DNA of 64,000 nt from Octopus sinensis (taxonomy: Eukaryota): contig NC_043000.1 in the NCBI RefSeq assembly GCF_006345805.1, positions 140,182,001-140,246,000 on the forward strand. Direction: 5' to 3'. Made by a program: the position numbers and the translations under genes. The notes beneath the pieces were generated by a model. It saw nothing but the letters and a program-made list of their open reading frames with translations. It was not told where the DNA came from and did not search any database. Of the stretch, positions 51,397 through 64,000 are shown piece by piece (position 1 is the stretch's first letter; the number at the start of each line of letters is the position of its first letter).

Positions 51397-51562
51397 CATA
51401 ATAATAATAACATCAAAGAATACCTTAGGAATAAAAACCCAGGTTCGAAATTTCCCCAAGACACCTGAAGAAAGCTGGAGGGTATATCAGCTGAAACGTT
51501 GTTAACAACAAACAAGATGAAGACAAATATCCATCGAATGTAAATAATGTAAATAATGTATA
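51329..51562 (+). mobile_element. Inverted headless copy of the same element with intact hammerhead core
   Basis: (AAT)n, then gacac-CTGAAGA(51465-71)-A-AGCTG/CAGCT-GAAAC(51493-97)-GTT; mirrors 51050-51250. Confidence 0.75.
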
Positions 51563-52594
51563 ATATATTTCTGTCAAACCAGTATGCCAGTACGGGAAAA
51601 TGACGTTGGATATTGTTAATGATGCGAAGGAGGATTTGTTAGAGGAATGAAAACATGAAAGAGGCACAGGCTGGGTTTGAACTTTAAATATATGATTGAA
51701 AATAAATACAGTTAGTTTTAGCTTTCTATTTTCTGAAACTTTTTCATTTCCCTTCCACAAAATAGATATCTAATTTAAAAAGTGTTAATGTAAAAATGCT
51801 GATCTGTGCAATGGAGAAATCGTATGATAGCCGTCTCCTCTGGAATAGTGTGATTAACTTCAATGGATTGTATCAAGTAAATATTTTATCATCTTTAGTA
51901 GTGTACAATCATGTTAAGGTTACTTGTTATTTCACTCAATTATTATTTTGCTTGTTTTATAACTGTTTAATTGCAGAATTATAGCGCTGTATCTTCGTTC
52001 CAGCGAGAGCACATGTGTAGTTTTAAACAATTTATTATAGCACTTCTCTGAAAGACCTAAAAGTTGATGTGCATCGTGTTTTCTTAACTTTTCTCAACTA
52101 ATACCAAACTCTGGTCAAAAAAAATATTCATTTGGGATTTGTTGTTCTTTGTCATGCTTTTTTTCTAATGATTTTATTAACCGAGCATTTACTAAAAGAA
52201 AACAAAAACAAAAAAACAAAATAAAGCAATAACAATGAAATAGCAATAAAAAGCAAAGTAAAAAGCCAAATTAAAATGCTTATGCAACAAAATGAAGCTA
52301 ATTTTTTTCGTTAAAATCTAGCAAAAGACAAAACAAAATTAGCAAATAATAAAAAGATAAAATATAAATAAAAAATAATAATTGAAAACAATAAAAGAGC
52401 AAAATATGTTTAAAAAATGAAATAATGATAAAAAGATTAAAATTATAAGAAATAATGATATAATCAAAAAATAATTAAGAAGTCTTTACACTGAAAATTA
52501 TTATTATTATAAACTGAAAAGTTATTTCCAAATGCAGCAGCAGCAGTACTAGTAGTGGGGGGAGGGGTAATGATTGTAATAATAATACTAATAA

Positions 52595-52806
52595 TCCTGT
52601 CTACTATAGGCACAAGGCTTGGAATTTTGAGGGAGGGAGCTAGTTGATTTCATCGACCCCAGTGCATAGCTAGACTTATATCAACCCTGAAAGAATGAAA
52701 GGCAAAGTTAAACCCTGGTGGAATTTGAACTCAGAATGTCATGATGGATGAAATGCCACTAAACATTTTGCCCAGTATGCTAATGATTCTGCCAGCTCAC
52801 TGCCTT
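52595..52806 (-). mobile_element. SINE family B variant, decayed
   Basis: aggcacaaggc..gaccccagtg..gaaaggcaaag..gaatttgaactcagaa..ctgccagctcactgcctt. Confidence 0.85.
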
Positions 52807-53000
52807 AATAATTATAATCATTAATGATTTCTGATGTTGGCAGTATTGTTTGGTGATTTAAAATACTTAACTGGTAGTTATCTAATCAATCTTGAAAAAA
52901 CAGAAGGCAAAGTTGAATTTTGGCAGGATTTGACCTCAGAAACAGAAAAGTACATTACTAAATAAATAAATAAATAATAATAATAATGATAATAATGAAT

Positions 53001-53180
53001 CTCTGACCGCCTGTTGACAAGAGGCAACAACCTCGAAACTGCGGTCCGTGCGTATCACTTAGGCTTACGAGAGAGGGATAGCCTCCCTTTGCAAATACCA
53101 TAAGGCAACAGATAGTGTGCCTAAAGCCAGCTGGAGACGATGATCTCCTGGGGCTAAAAGCTACAGTAACACCCACCCTT
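53001..53180 (+). mobile_element. Probable isolated 5' end of a non-LTR retrotransposon next to (AAT)n, with HDV-like ribozyme topology
   Basis: CpG-rich island in a CpG-poor region; P1 GACCGC/GCGGTC, P2 GAGGC/GCCTC, CCTCG loop, P4 CGTA/TACG in HDV order. Confidence 0.45.
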
Positions 53181-53314
53181 TGTGGTTAGCCATATTGAGA
53201 TGGCTATTATACTTTACAATAATAATAATGATAATAATAAAGCATTTTTTTCCTGATGTTCTGACAATTTTGCCAATGACAGAATTTAACCCACAAAATA
53301 CACTCTATAAAGAT

Positions 53315-53482
53315 AGGAGTGGCTGTGTGGTAAACAGCTTGCTTACCAACCACATGGTACTGGGTTCAACCCCACTGATTGGCCTGAGGTTATAGTAAAA
53401 GACACTTGCCCAAGGTGCCAAACAAAGCCTTGTGAGTGGATATGGTATACAGAAACTGAAAGAAGCCCATCGCATATATATA

Positions 53483-53531
<49 letters not shown>

Positions 53532-53752
53532 ATGTGTAAGTTTGTGTGTCTGTGCTTGTCCCCCAACATTGCTTGACAACTGATGCCGGTGTCTTTACAT
53601 CTCAATAACTTAGTGGTTCAGCAAAAGAGACTGACAGAATAAGTACTAGGCTTACAAAAAATAAGCCCTGGAGTCAATTTGCTCAACTAAAGGTGGTGCT
53701 GCAGCATGGCCGCAGTCAAATGACTAAAACAAGTAAAAAAAAGAGCAAAAGA
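53315..53752 (+). mobile_element. SINE family A with a 42-bp internal inversion
   Basis: 53379-53420 is the reverse complement of the consensus segment. Confidence 0.92.
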
Positions 53753-54199
53753 AAGAATATACAGCAAAAATTCTAGAAGATAATGTACCTTTTCTGCAAG
53801 TAATAGCAGCAACAATAACGATTTCTAGTATAAAAAGAAGGCCACCGAATTTGGTTGGAGATTAGTCTTGATTGTATTGTTTCCAGTTGTTGCCTAGAAC
53901 CAGGGATTTGAAATCCAAACATAAAAAGACATGGCCAAATATCAGGAGGCATTTTGTTTGATGCACCACTGATTCAGAACATAATAAAAAATGATAAAAA
54001 GAAATAACAAAAGATAGCTAAATATTTCAGAGTCAAATTGTCTTGTATTTTTACTTTTATAATATTGGTGTGGTGGCTTATGTATTTCATAAAGGTTTTT
54101 TTGTTATCTTGTTCCTTTATATCTTCTAGGATTTCCTTTTGCTCTTCGTTGGATTTACATGAATGCCTTCATGTGTGTATATGCACACATAATGAATGT

Positions 54200-54325
54200 A
54201 TCAGTGTGTGTGTGTGTGCTTGTGCATGTGTGTGTGTGTGTGTATGTACATATACATATACACATATTCATACATATATACATATATATATATTTATATA
54301 TATATATATATATATGCATATATGT

Positions 54326-54371
<46 letters not shown>

Positions 54372-54410
54372 CTATATGTATGCATATGTGTATGAATGTA
54401 TGTAAACATG
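54200..54410. repeat. (TG)n/(TA)n compound microsatellite
   Basis: Direct reading. Confidence 0.9.
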
Positions 54411-55936
54411 ATTAGGAAATGCATCAGATTAAAAATAAAAGATAGTATAAAAACAAACACACACACACACACACACAACACATCCATGTGAATGCATACA
54501 CACGAATAAAGGAATAAAGGAAGGAAATATAAAATGCGGGCAGTTTGGATAGCATTATTCAACCCACCACAACCATCTTTCTGATTTCATCAAGAGTAAT
54601 CAACTCAGTAAAACACTAGGCTGATTTTGAGCTGTGATAATCAACAAATTTCATTATGCAGACTACATGGAACCAAAGGAGCAAGTCTGCATGACTGTTT
54701 TTGCTAATGTTTTCCTTTTTATTTTGTATATTAAAAAAAGTAATTTATTATTAATTTTATCATTATTTTATGAAAAAAAAAAACACCATATCTTCCATCG
54801 CAGTAAATACTATTAGAGGATTTTTATTTTTATTTTTCATAGATCCTGGTTTTTTATTAATTATTACTCCTTATTTATTTAGGAATTTTTAAATATTTTT
54901 TTTAACTGTTATTTTGTGTAGAGATTATCTTTTTCAAATGCAAATCAGATAATGAATACAGATGATAATAACAAAGAAATAAAGAAAATATATATAACAA
55001 ATGAAGATTAAATGAACAACAACAATAATGATATTAAACATTACCCAAAAAATAAGCAAAGAATAGAAAACTTACAAAATATAATCGATGCATGCAAATA
55101 GTGGAAAGATACTGGATTATAAGAACAATAAGGACCAGATAAGATCCAGATTTAGTATTCACATTTGATTTTCAGGTCATAAATTAAATTGTGATGGAGT
55201 TTGCTCAAATTGTCTGACCACAGAAAATCACATCATTTTATCACAATTTCTGTAGAAATAATGTGGAAATTTCAAAAAGAAAAAAAAAAGAAAAATTATA
55301 ATAAAAGAAAAAAAATCATGAGTCTGTACATATATTTACTTCATTATTATGAGTGTTATGCTATTGTTAATTTATTTATTCCTTTTCTTTACCATTAAAA
55401 TAATTCTTCGTTGGAGACATCACATCAATTTTATCATATTGACATAAATTGGAGGACTCTACAAATTTGCTCACACTCTACCAGTTCCTACTCATATAGT
55501 TAGTTTGTTAATTACATATATCTTGGCTGGATCTTATCTAAGTGGTTCCAAGCTTCAAGCAATTAGTCACTGACCCATAAATATGTAAAGATAATTAAGT
55601 GATTATTAGTTTGTTTGTTTTTTTTTGTTTTTGTTTTTTCAAATAAAGAAGTAAAATATAGTGGATAGTGCTAGCTAGTAAATAAGACTAATACTGTAGA
55701 ATGTTTGACTAAATGCAAATACAGTGTTTAGCTTCGGATCTCTTGTTTTTGAGTTCAAAACTATATGGGTGAAATTAGTTAGATGGAACATCAGCACAAA
55801 CTCATTTCAAGTCTTCAGTCTTAAGATAGATTTTAAGTCCATACATTTTGAATTTTAGTTCAAATCAATTTGAAGTCGCTTCTCACTTTGACATTTTATG
55901 GGACCAATAAAATTGATGCTAAGTATAAACACATGT

Positions 55937-56307
55937 GGAATGGAAGCATTCCGTCGGTTATGACAACGAGGGTTCCGGTTGATCCGATCAACAGAACAGC
56001 CTGCTCGTGAAATTAACTTGTAAGTGGCTGAGCACTCCACAGACACGTGTACCCTTAACGTAGTTCTCGGGGATATTCAGCGTGACACAGAGAGTGACAA
56101 GACCGGCCCTTTGAAATACAGGTACAACAGAAACAGGAAGTAAGAGTGAGAGAAAGTTGTAGTGAAAGAGTACAGGAGGGATCACCAGCATCCCTGCCGG
56201 AGCCTCGTGGAGCTTTAGGTGTTTTCGCTCAATAAACTCTCACAACGCCCGGTCTGGGAATCGAAACCGCGAGTCCACTGCCCTAACCACTGGGCCATTG
56301 CGCCTCC
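55937..56307 (-). mobile_element. SINE family C, full length
   Basis: TSD taaacacatgt (55926-55936 / 56310-56320). Confidence 0.95.
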
Positions 56308-56422
56308 TGTAAACACATGTAATATAGTGGGGAAAAGGAGAGGAGCACCATTTCAGTTAACTTGAACCTTCCTCATTGTAAGAAAAAAAGTGTAGCATAT
56401 TTACAGAGATAATGTGACTGTA

Positions 56423-56820
56423 TACTCTTTACTCTTTTACTTGTTTCAGTCATTTGACTGCGGCCATGCTGGAGCACTGCCTTTAATCGAGCAACTCAAC
56501 CCCGGGACTTATTCTTTTGTAAGCCCAGTACTTATTCTATCGGTCTCTTTTGCCGAACTGCTAAGTAACGGGGACATAAACACACCAGCATCGGTTGTCA
56601 AGCAATGCTAGGGAACAAACACAGACACACGCATATATATATTTATATACATATATACAACGGGCTTCTTTCAGTTTCCGTCTACCAAATCCACTCACAA
56701 GGCTTTGGTTGGCCCGAGGCTATAGTAGAAGACACTTGCCCAAGGTGCCACGCAGTGGGACTGAACCCGGAAGCATGTGGTTGGTAAACAAGCTACTTAC
56801 CACACAGCCACACCTGCGCC
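56423..56820 (-). mobile_element. SINE family A
   Basis: Consensus match. Confidence 0.95.
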
Positions 56821-57031
56821 CTATGATTAAAGTAAAAATCAAAGGTGCAAAAGTTGCCTGAAAAAAAAAACCTAACTAAAGACCTTTATAAAGATGAGTA
56901 ACTTGGATATAAGTTTGTTGTTGGGTTTACTGATACTGCAAAACTAGTTCAGAAGATTACAAAGCTCAATGTCTGTTTTCCATGTTGGCATACCGTATGA
57001 ATTTTGTTCATCAATAGTAAGCTACAAATAT

Positions 57032-57246
57032 ATTCTTTATTCTTGTATTTGTTTCAGTCATTTGACTGTGGCCATGCTGGAGCACCACTTTTAGTGGAGC
57101 AAATCGACCTCAAGACTTATTCTTTGTATACTTGATACTTATTCTATTGGTCTCTTTTGCTGAACTGCTACGTTACAGTAATGTAAACACACCGACATCA
57201 GTTGTCAAGCAATGGTGGGGGGACAAACACAGACAAACAAGTACAT

Positions 57247-57279
<33 letters not shown>

Positions 57280-57449
57280 CATATACAACGGCCTTCTTTC
57301 AGTTTCCATCTACCAAATCCACTTCCAAGGTTTTGATCAGCCTGGGGCTATAGTAGAAGACACTTGCCCAATATGCCACACAGTGGGACTGAATCTGGAA
57401 CCATGTGTTTGTAAAGCAAGCTTCTTACCACACAGCCACTCCTGTGCCT
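57032..57449 (-). mobile_element. SINE family A, older (CpG-decayed)
   Basis: Consensus match. Confidence 0.92.
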
Positions 57450-57933
57450 ATGTGAATATTCTTTTAATTGATTTCTATGTAAACAGTTTTTTAGATTATC
57501 ATGACTCATGCCTGTGTCTTTCCATGTGAATTGCTATAACAGAGTGGTTTCCAATATTTTGTTTCTCAGCACCCACTTTCATCAAGAGGAATTTTACAAA
57601 TGACCCCTTTGCATGTTTTGTAAAAGGAAGGAAAAAGTGAATATCATCTTAATCAAACAGAACCTTAGCTTATTATTCATATTTCTTTTTACCAATTTTA
57701 TTCAGTGTATACTTCCCTTTAGATATTTCCATAGACTATTATTCCATATTTCTTTATGGAAATTACTGTTGAAGCAAAGATTTATCTAGCGTTATATTGG
57801 ACTATAGTGCATCACCAGTCACATTTCCGCTTGCTGAAAAAACAATGTCTGCCACATATTCTAATACCAACAAGGATTTTTAAAAAATGTGTTTTGAATA
57901 TAAGTATTGGACCTGGTTTGAATATGTCATAAC

Positions 57934-58250
57934 TCATCATCATCATCATCATCGTCGTTTAACGTCCTTTTTCCGTGCTAGCATGGGTTGGACGGTTTGA
58001 CCGGGGTCTGGGAAGCCATAAGGCTGCACCAGACTCCAGTCTGATCTGGCAGTGTTTCTACAGCCGGATGTCCTTCCTAATGCCAACCACTCCGTGAGTG
58101 TAGTGGGTGCTTTTTATGTGCTACCAGCCAGCACAGGTGTCAGGGGAGGATTGGCTGGTGCTTTTTACATGCCACCGGCACAGAAGCCAGTCAAGGCGGA
58201 ACTTGCATCAGCCACATTTGGATGTTGCTTTTTACATGCCACCGGCACAT
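57934..58250 (-). mobile_element. SINE family D with ~50-bp internal repeats
   Basis: (CAT)n tail; three tgctttttacatgccaccggcac-type units. Confidence 0.9.
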
Positions 58251-59345
58251 GAATAATTTTTCCATAACATCTCCTTCACATTTGCCATTTCTTTGTGAGC
58301 TCACAAAGCATTTGAAGGTGTTCACTACTGCTCAGCTTAAGAACCACCACAATAGCCTAACCAATAGAAATATTAGATACCAATGTAATCACAAATAACC
58401 CCATTTCATTTGACAACAATACCAATAAAAACCCTCACCATTATTATAGGAATACAAATCAAGAAGAGAAATTAATTGGTACTTTATTTCACTGATCCTA
58501 AAGTATCAAAAGTAAATATGACTTCAACAGGATTTGAACTCAAAATGTGCAGCAATGTAATTAGATAAGAAATTATTGTCTGATGTATCATTCATATATG
58601 CATGTGTGTGTGTGTGTGTGCGCACGTGCATGAATGCATGTGTATGCATACATACATACACACACACATACTTATAATATTTGCATATACAAATATGCAT
58701 AAATGCACATACACATGCACAAACATATATACATGCATATGCACACACTCGGAAACATGAAGATGGGAAGATAGAGAAAGCTAACTAGATATACAAGCAA
58801 ACTGATAAAGATATTTTTTTTTTGTATATATTTGGCAAGAGGTTTGATCTCAAAAAAAAAATGTGTGTTATAACCAATATCGTGTTAAAGGAGAGTTATC
58901 TTTGCCGATAATTAAACACATGCATTGATTGATATTATTCACTTCTTCAATGTTTCATGACTGTGTTAGAATTATCAGTGTTTCTTTTATTTTTTGACAC
59001 TTCTATGACCTTTTCACTGATATTGGCTGCATCTATCGAGTTTACAAATGGTTATTTCATATATATACTAAGTTTATTTATTTCTAGATCTTATTTCTTA
59101 TTTTTGCCTTGTTGCTATATTTGTGATGGTGCTAACATTATCTGAACAATTTTTTTTGCTTACTAATCAAATATGATAAATTAGGAAAAGAATGATATGA
59201 AATACACATGACTGTTTTATTTTTGAAAAATGGTTGATGTCACAGGTGTGACTGATTCTATTTATTCTAAGTTCTTCAAGTCACAACCTTAATAAAAGAA
59301 AATGCACCATATGATTGAACTCACAACACCATCAGCTCTAGATTA

Positions 59346-59376
<31 letters not shown>

Positions 59377-60084
59377 AGGTGATTGAAATTTCCCTTAAGA
59401 ATTGGTATTGGCCAGATAAAAAAAAAAACAGTGTCAATTTTGGTCAGTTGGGCATCTTAATATGCATCACAGTTCCTTCCCTTATCCTTTCATCCCATCT
59501 TTTAATAATGACATTTCTCTAATGTTCATGAAACAAAACATGCATCAAAGGAAATTTACCAAGAACTAGCGAATATACTGTAAAAAAAAAAAACAATATA
59601 AGCACACAATGTTCACAAAAGTTATGTATCATTTAAATGGTAAAAGATTTCCAAATTGGTCTGAGTGTGTGTGTGTTGTTGTGCATGAGTGTGTGGGTGT
59701 TTGTAAAGAAATAGTGATGGGAGAAAGAAAAGTAAAATTATGTGCAGAAAACAGGTAAAATACATGCAGCAAGGACAGACACAATATCCTCTCGTCAGTT
59801 ATTGACTGAAAAGTAAGGCAGTTTCGACACCTTACCAACAGGACTGCTACAGGATTTCTCACTCCAAGGTGTTGACAGATATATGACAAGTGGCATCATG
59901 GTAAGATTTCGTTAGAAGATGCTATCAAATTATGGGGTGAGGAGACAGGACAAGAAGTATAAGAAAATATAAGAAAATTTAGGTACAGCAAATATTTTAA
60001 GTTTAAAAAATGAGAGAGAATAATTAACTCATGTTTAAGACAAACAGAACATTGGATGAAGTGGTAAAGAATATTGGTTTCAAA

Positions 60085-60220
60085 TTTTTTGCACAAGGCC
60101 AGCAATTTCGCTTGAGGCATAAATCAATTGTATTGACCCCACTTTTCAACTGGTACTTATTTTATCGACCCTGAAAGGATGAAAGGCAAAATCGAACTTG
60201 GCAGAATCTGAACCCAGAAC
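60085..60220 (-). mobile_element. SINE family B variant fragment
   Basis: gcacaaggccagcaattt..ctggtacttattttatcgaccctgaaaggatgaaaggcaaa. Confidence 0.8.
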
Positions 60221-60538
60221 ATAGGTGAAAATCTTTTGACTGGAGTGAATAAAGCAAGCAGAAAGCAATTGTGCAGATATGTGACATTAAATGACTAAAT
60301 TTACTATTTTTCACTTTGCATTACATATTTGCACAAGTGTCCTTAATTCGTTTGTTTTTACTCTCTCATCAAAAAACTTTCACTATTTGATATTCATTAT
60401 CGCTCTTCCAGCTTTTTCTTTTTGACTTAACTGCACAAGTTATTATTTTGCTGTCTTTTTACAACTTCAGCACACATAAATATTTGTTGCACCTAATTCT
60501 GCTTATTCTTGTTGTCATCACATCTCGCCATTCTATAG

Positions 60539-60595
60539 CTTTGTGGAGTCCTATCCTCATGATAGCAGTCTTTATAAATCTACTGGTTCTCTGAA
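60539..60595 (+). other. Candidate 57-nt symmetric host exon
   Basis: cgccattctatag| ... |gtgagc; open frame FVESYPHDSSLYKSTGSL; no homology recognised. Confidence 0.2.
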
Positions 60596-60699
60596 GTGAG
60601 CAACCCTGTCTGCATGACTACTTTGATCTTTAGTTGAATGATGACTAGGGAAGAGTGTTATCCACATTTATGTCAATCATTGTACTATGCTTTTTACTT

Positions 60700-61540
60700 G
60701 GTGTCTGTGTTTAAATTTTCTTCTAATTGGGCTTAACACTAAAATACAGTATACATTTAAACCCATAAGAGATGGCCATAACAGGGCATCTGACCCGCCA
60801 GAAGGAGTAGTTAAACTCCAAACCACTAATAAAAACATTTACCCTCTATTTCCTATACCATGGTTTCAAGCTATCTTCAGCAAATAGAATAATTTACTTG
60901 GCAAAGCTCTCATCAGTAGGAAAGCCAAGATTAACATATAAAGACAAGGTGATACAGAACATGCCTTGTGTTTTCATGTTATAATTTTTCAAAATTCACC
61001 ATGCAAGCACATTTTTTTATTGGCAGCAAATACAAAAAATGACGATATTCTTCCAAAATTAGCCAAAAATCATTATATTATTATTTATAAATTCAGGGTA
61101 GCAGAAAAGATTAAGAAAACATCTTTGTTACCAGTGGTCTAGTGAGAAGACAAAAATTAGTCAGTAGACTATATATTATTCATATTTTTAACACTATATA
61201 ACCAATTTGCCACCCCCAACATACATACATGCATATGCAAACAACCTATCTTCTTCCAGCACATTGACAAAATAATGCAACTAAGTTGGCTAACCATGTC
61301 TGGGGCTTCAAGACTAACTCCTCCCCACACATAATCAAGTGAAGAATTATGGAGAAATCCAAGCAATATTTTAATGGATCTAATAAATTCAGCTTGTGCA
61401 TAGTAGAAAGATCTCATATTCTTCTTAGACCCAAGAATTCTACCATACTGCTTAATATCAAATCTGAAACTTTTAGCAGGTGTAAGTACATGGAAAAGTT
61501 CCTTTTGTTGAATTGGAAGACACCATCTGCTCTGGATTAA
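60700..61540 (+). mobile_element. Penelope-like fragments, decayed
   Basis: IPWFQAIFSK; IKWRIMEKSKQYFNGSNKFSLCIVERSHIL..KSETFSRCKYMEKFLL (PLE C-terminus). Confidence 0.7.
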
Positions 61541-62057
61541 GTTACTGTTTGGCACTTTGGTATATTTTCTGCAATATTGTTCCATACCACACAAACACAC
61601 ATGCACAATTGTGGATTGGAGTTGGAATTGATCCTTCATGCTGCAACATCCTATCTACTTGGATCTCAACAAATACACACTTCACCTTAATATCTCCCAG
61701 CCAATGTGATAGCCTTTAGATTCAATCATTGTCTGAAGGTTGTGCTCAATGCACAACTTATCCCTAACTGTTAATATGAGTTGGTTCTTGAAATTCTACT
61801 TAGTATACATGCAACAATAAAGTTGACAATACAGTTGTGTCACTACAGAACTAATACAGAGAATCATACATAGGTTATCAAGACAGTTAGTTGCCCCTAA
61901 CACAGGAGCTTCATTTAAGATCCATGTACCTGTATTGATTGATTGAGACAACTCATGGCAGAGATCTGTCCAAACAATCCATATCAACATCAATGTGTTT
62001 TTACAGTAACCAAAGAAATGCGAAAAAATACCTAAAGTTTAGTACATATGATATGTA

Positions 62058-62320
62058 CATGGTCACGGCTAGTGCTAGTGTCATGAAAGAAGGCACCGAT
62101 ACCATTGCTGGTGACATCTAAAACGGTACACATGTCATTGACATGTAGAAGACACCCAGTACACTCTGTACGGGGTTGGCTTTAGGAAGGGCATCCACCT
62201 GTAGAAGCCAAGCCAAAACTGACGACTGGAGCTTGGTGTAGCTCTGGTCAAGCATTCTAACCTATGCCAGCAGCTTGGAAAATAAACATTAAATGATGAT
62301 GATGATGATGATGATAATGA
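62058..62320 (+). mobile_element. Old SINE family D
   Basis: cacccagtacactctg..ggttggctttaggaagggcatcca..cattaaatgatgatg. Confidence 0.8.
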
Positions 62321-63312
62321 TTTTTTCAGAAAAGAACTTCAAGTAACATATCAGGGACAGTAAGAACTTGTTCATCATATGCTCAAATGTCATAGTTGGA
62401 GATTCTTCTGAATCTCTGAAACGTACCATAAAGTGAGGTTACCATGTACATTGGCACCAATATTTGTCACACTTCATAGATAAAATCTAGAAAAAACTGA
62501 AACTCAATTTCAACCATTTTACTCAGTATTCTATCTCCTCTCAGATACTATGAATGTCCTGGAAGCCAAAATGTTGGCACAATAAGGATGGCTATTCAAG
62601 ATTTCACCATCATCAACTCAAATGCTCTTCTAGAATAGGCAGATCATTTTTGCTATTTTGAAAATTTTCTCTTTCTATGATGCAACTCTGAGAAGGATAA
62701 AGAAAACAGAATTCTTGCTGAACAGGTTAATTTTAGAAGCCTATCTCACTTTTTCATCAGAAACAACCAACAAAACTTATGATGTATTGTATTTAACTGT
62801 TATTTTGACCTTCCTCTATAGGTGCAAAACCTAGATGCTGTACTATCGAGACAAAACACTTTAGCACTTTCAATGACTAATGGTTCAAACACTGAAATAC
62901 TTTGCCAATATTTCAGTCCTTGAAAAGCCCAAAGCCAGCATGCATAAATGCTTGAAGATACCATCATCAAATGACAGATCACACATGCTACATTATTGAT
63001 ATCAGTGTTTTTTTTTTACCAGATCTTTTACGATGAAGGCAGCACCAGTGAAAGACAAAGCTTGTGAGGTGTTCTGTACAATGTTATATGATCAACTCAA
63101 ACTGACTATGAAAGAAACCAATATCACCTTATTTTAGTTTTGAGAAAAGTAGTAAATCATGTGCTGTTTTCATTGCGGCAGAATGTGTTGCAAAGAAAAG
63201 TGTTGCAGAAAGGAAAAGAACAAAGAACAAAGGCAAAAATCATCCCACTCTAGTTATACCCATCTCCATCTCTCAAGTACAACTTCTTTGACCATAATAC
63301 ACTTTTAATTAC

Positions 63313-63410
63313 AACCAGTTTCGCACTGGGGTCGATGTAATAGATTTAATCCCATTGTTTGTACTTGTTTGTCCCCTCTATGTTTAGCCCCTTGTGGGCA
63401 ATAAAGAAAT
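63313..63410 (+). mobile_element. SINE family B, 5'-truncated
   Basis: cactggggtcgatgtaat..tttagccccttgtgggcaataaagaaat. Confidence 0.9.
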
Positions 63411-63514
63411 ATAATTACAAGAAATACTGGCTTAATGAATTTGAAAGGAAATGAGGAAAATATTGAAAAATTAAGTGAATACTAAGTGTGTGTGTGTGAG
63501 TGCGTCTGTACATA

Positions 63515-63617
63515 TCTGTCTGTCTGTTTTTCTGTCTATCCATCCACCTATCTATCCATCCATCTATCTATCCATCATCTGTCTATCCGTCCATCTATTT
63601 ATCTATCTATCTATCTG

Positions 63618-63691
<74 letters not shown>

Positions 63692-63715
63692 CATCCATCC
63701 ATCTATCTATCTATC
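63515..63715. repeat. (ATCT)n/(ATCC)n microsatellite
   Basis: Direct reading. Confidence 0.95.
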
Positions 63716-64000
63716 TGTTTATCACTACACACTTGCATGCATATAAATTCTATTGTAATGACATGTGTTTGTGTATATCATGAAATATCCAGCCCCAATG
63801 TGTATCTCAGTTTTTAAAAATAGGTTCACTATATCCCATCCCAATGATGTAACATATGACTAAAAATATTTCTTATCACGAAGGTTATCTGACTGTCAAA
63901 TACTACATTCAAAAGTTCTGTCAAACACATTTACCAATGCAATATCTGAGAATTCTACTATGGCTAATATTCCTATTACCAATGCAAAATATATCTCATG

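Noticed and set aside
59770-59850. Minus-strand GAAAC-stem-GTC followed by CTGACGA (type II hammerhead-like order)
   Set aside because: No stem I possible (only AATAA) and stem II has just 2 bp

Overview
AT-rich, repeat-dense animal genomic DNA. The SINE repertoire and (TA)n/(TATG)n/(GATA)n/(AAT)n density resemble an octopus genome; this is recognition from memory and is unverified. No complete host protein-coding gene can be supported, and most ORF-track entries are microsatellite or SINE read-throughs. The window holds about 35 tRNA-derived or RTE-tailed SINE copies (at least 6 families) and 3 decayed mariner transposons. It also holds a hAT-like non-autonomous element, 2 Helentron-type (HINE) elements, and RTE, R4/Dong and Penelope (GIY-YIG) retroelement fragments. 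The most interesting signal is ribozyme-like RNA structure inside repeats. A ~480-bp palindrome carries a structurally complete type I hammerhead (7162-7219). A tRNA-headed SINE-like element has a hammerhead-bearing Penelope-like 3' tail with an inverted partial duplication (51028-51562). There is also a minimal hammerhead at 16320-16354 and an HDV-like pseudoknot at a probable LINE 5' end (53005-53085). A CpG-retaining central domain (~17.2-31.3 kb) contains two divergent strong splice donors (23102 and 24083), which suggests a bidirectional promoter whose long introns fill both flanks (inference). Many boundaries are approximate to within ~10-20 bp.
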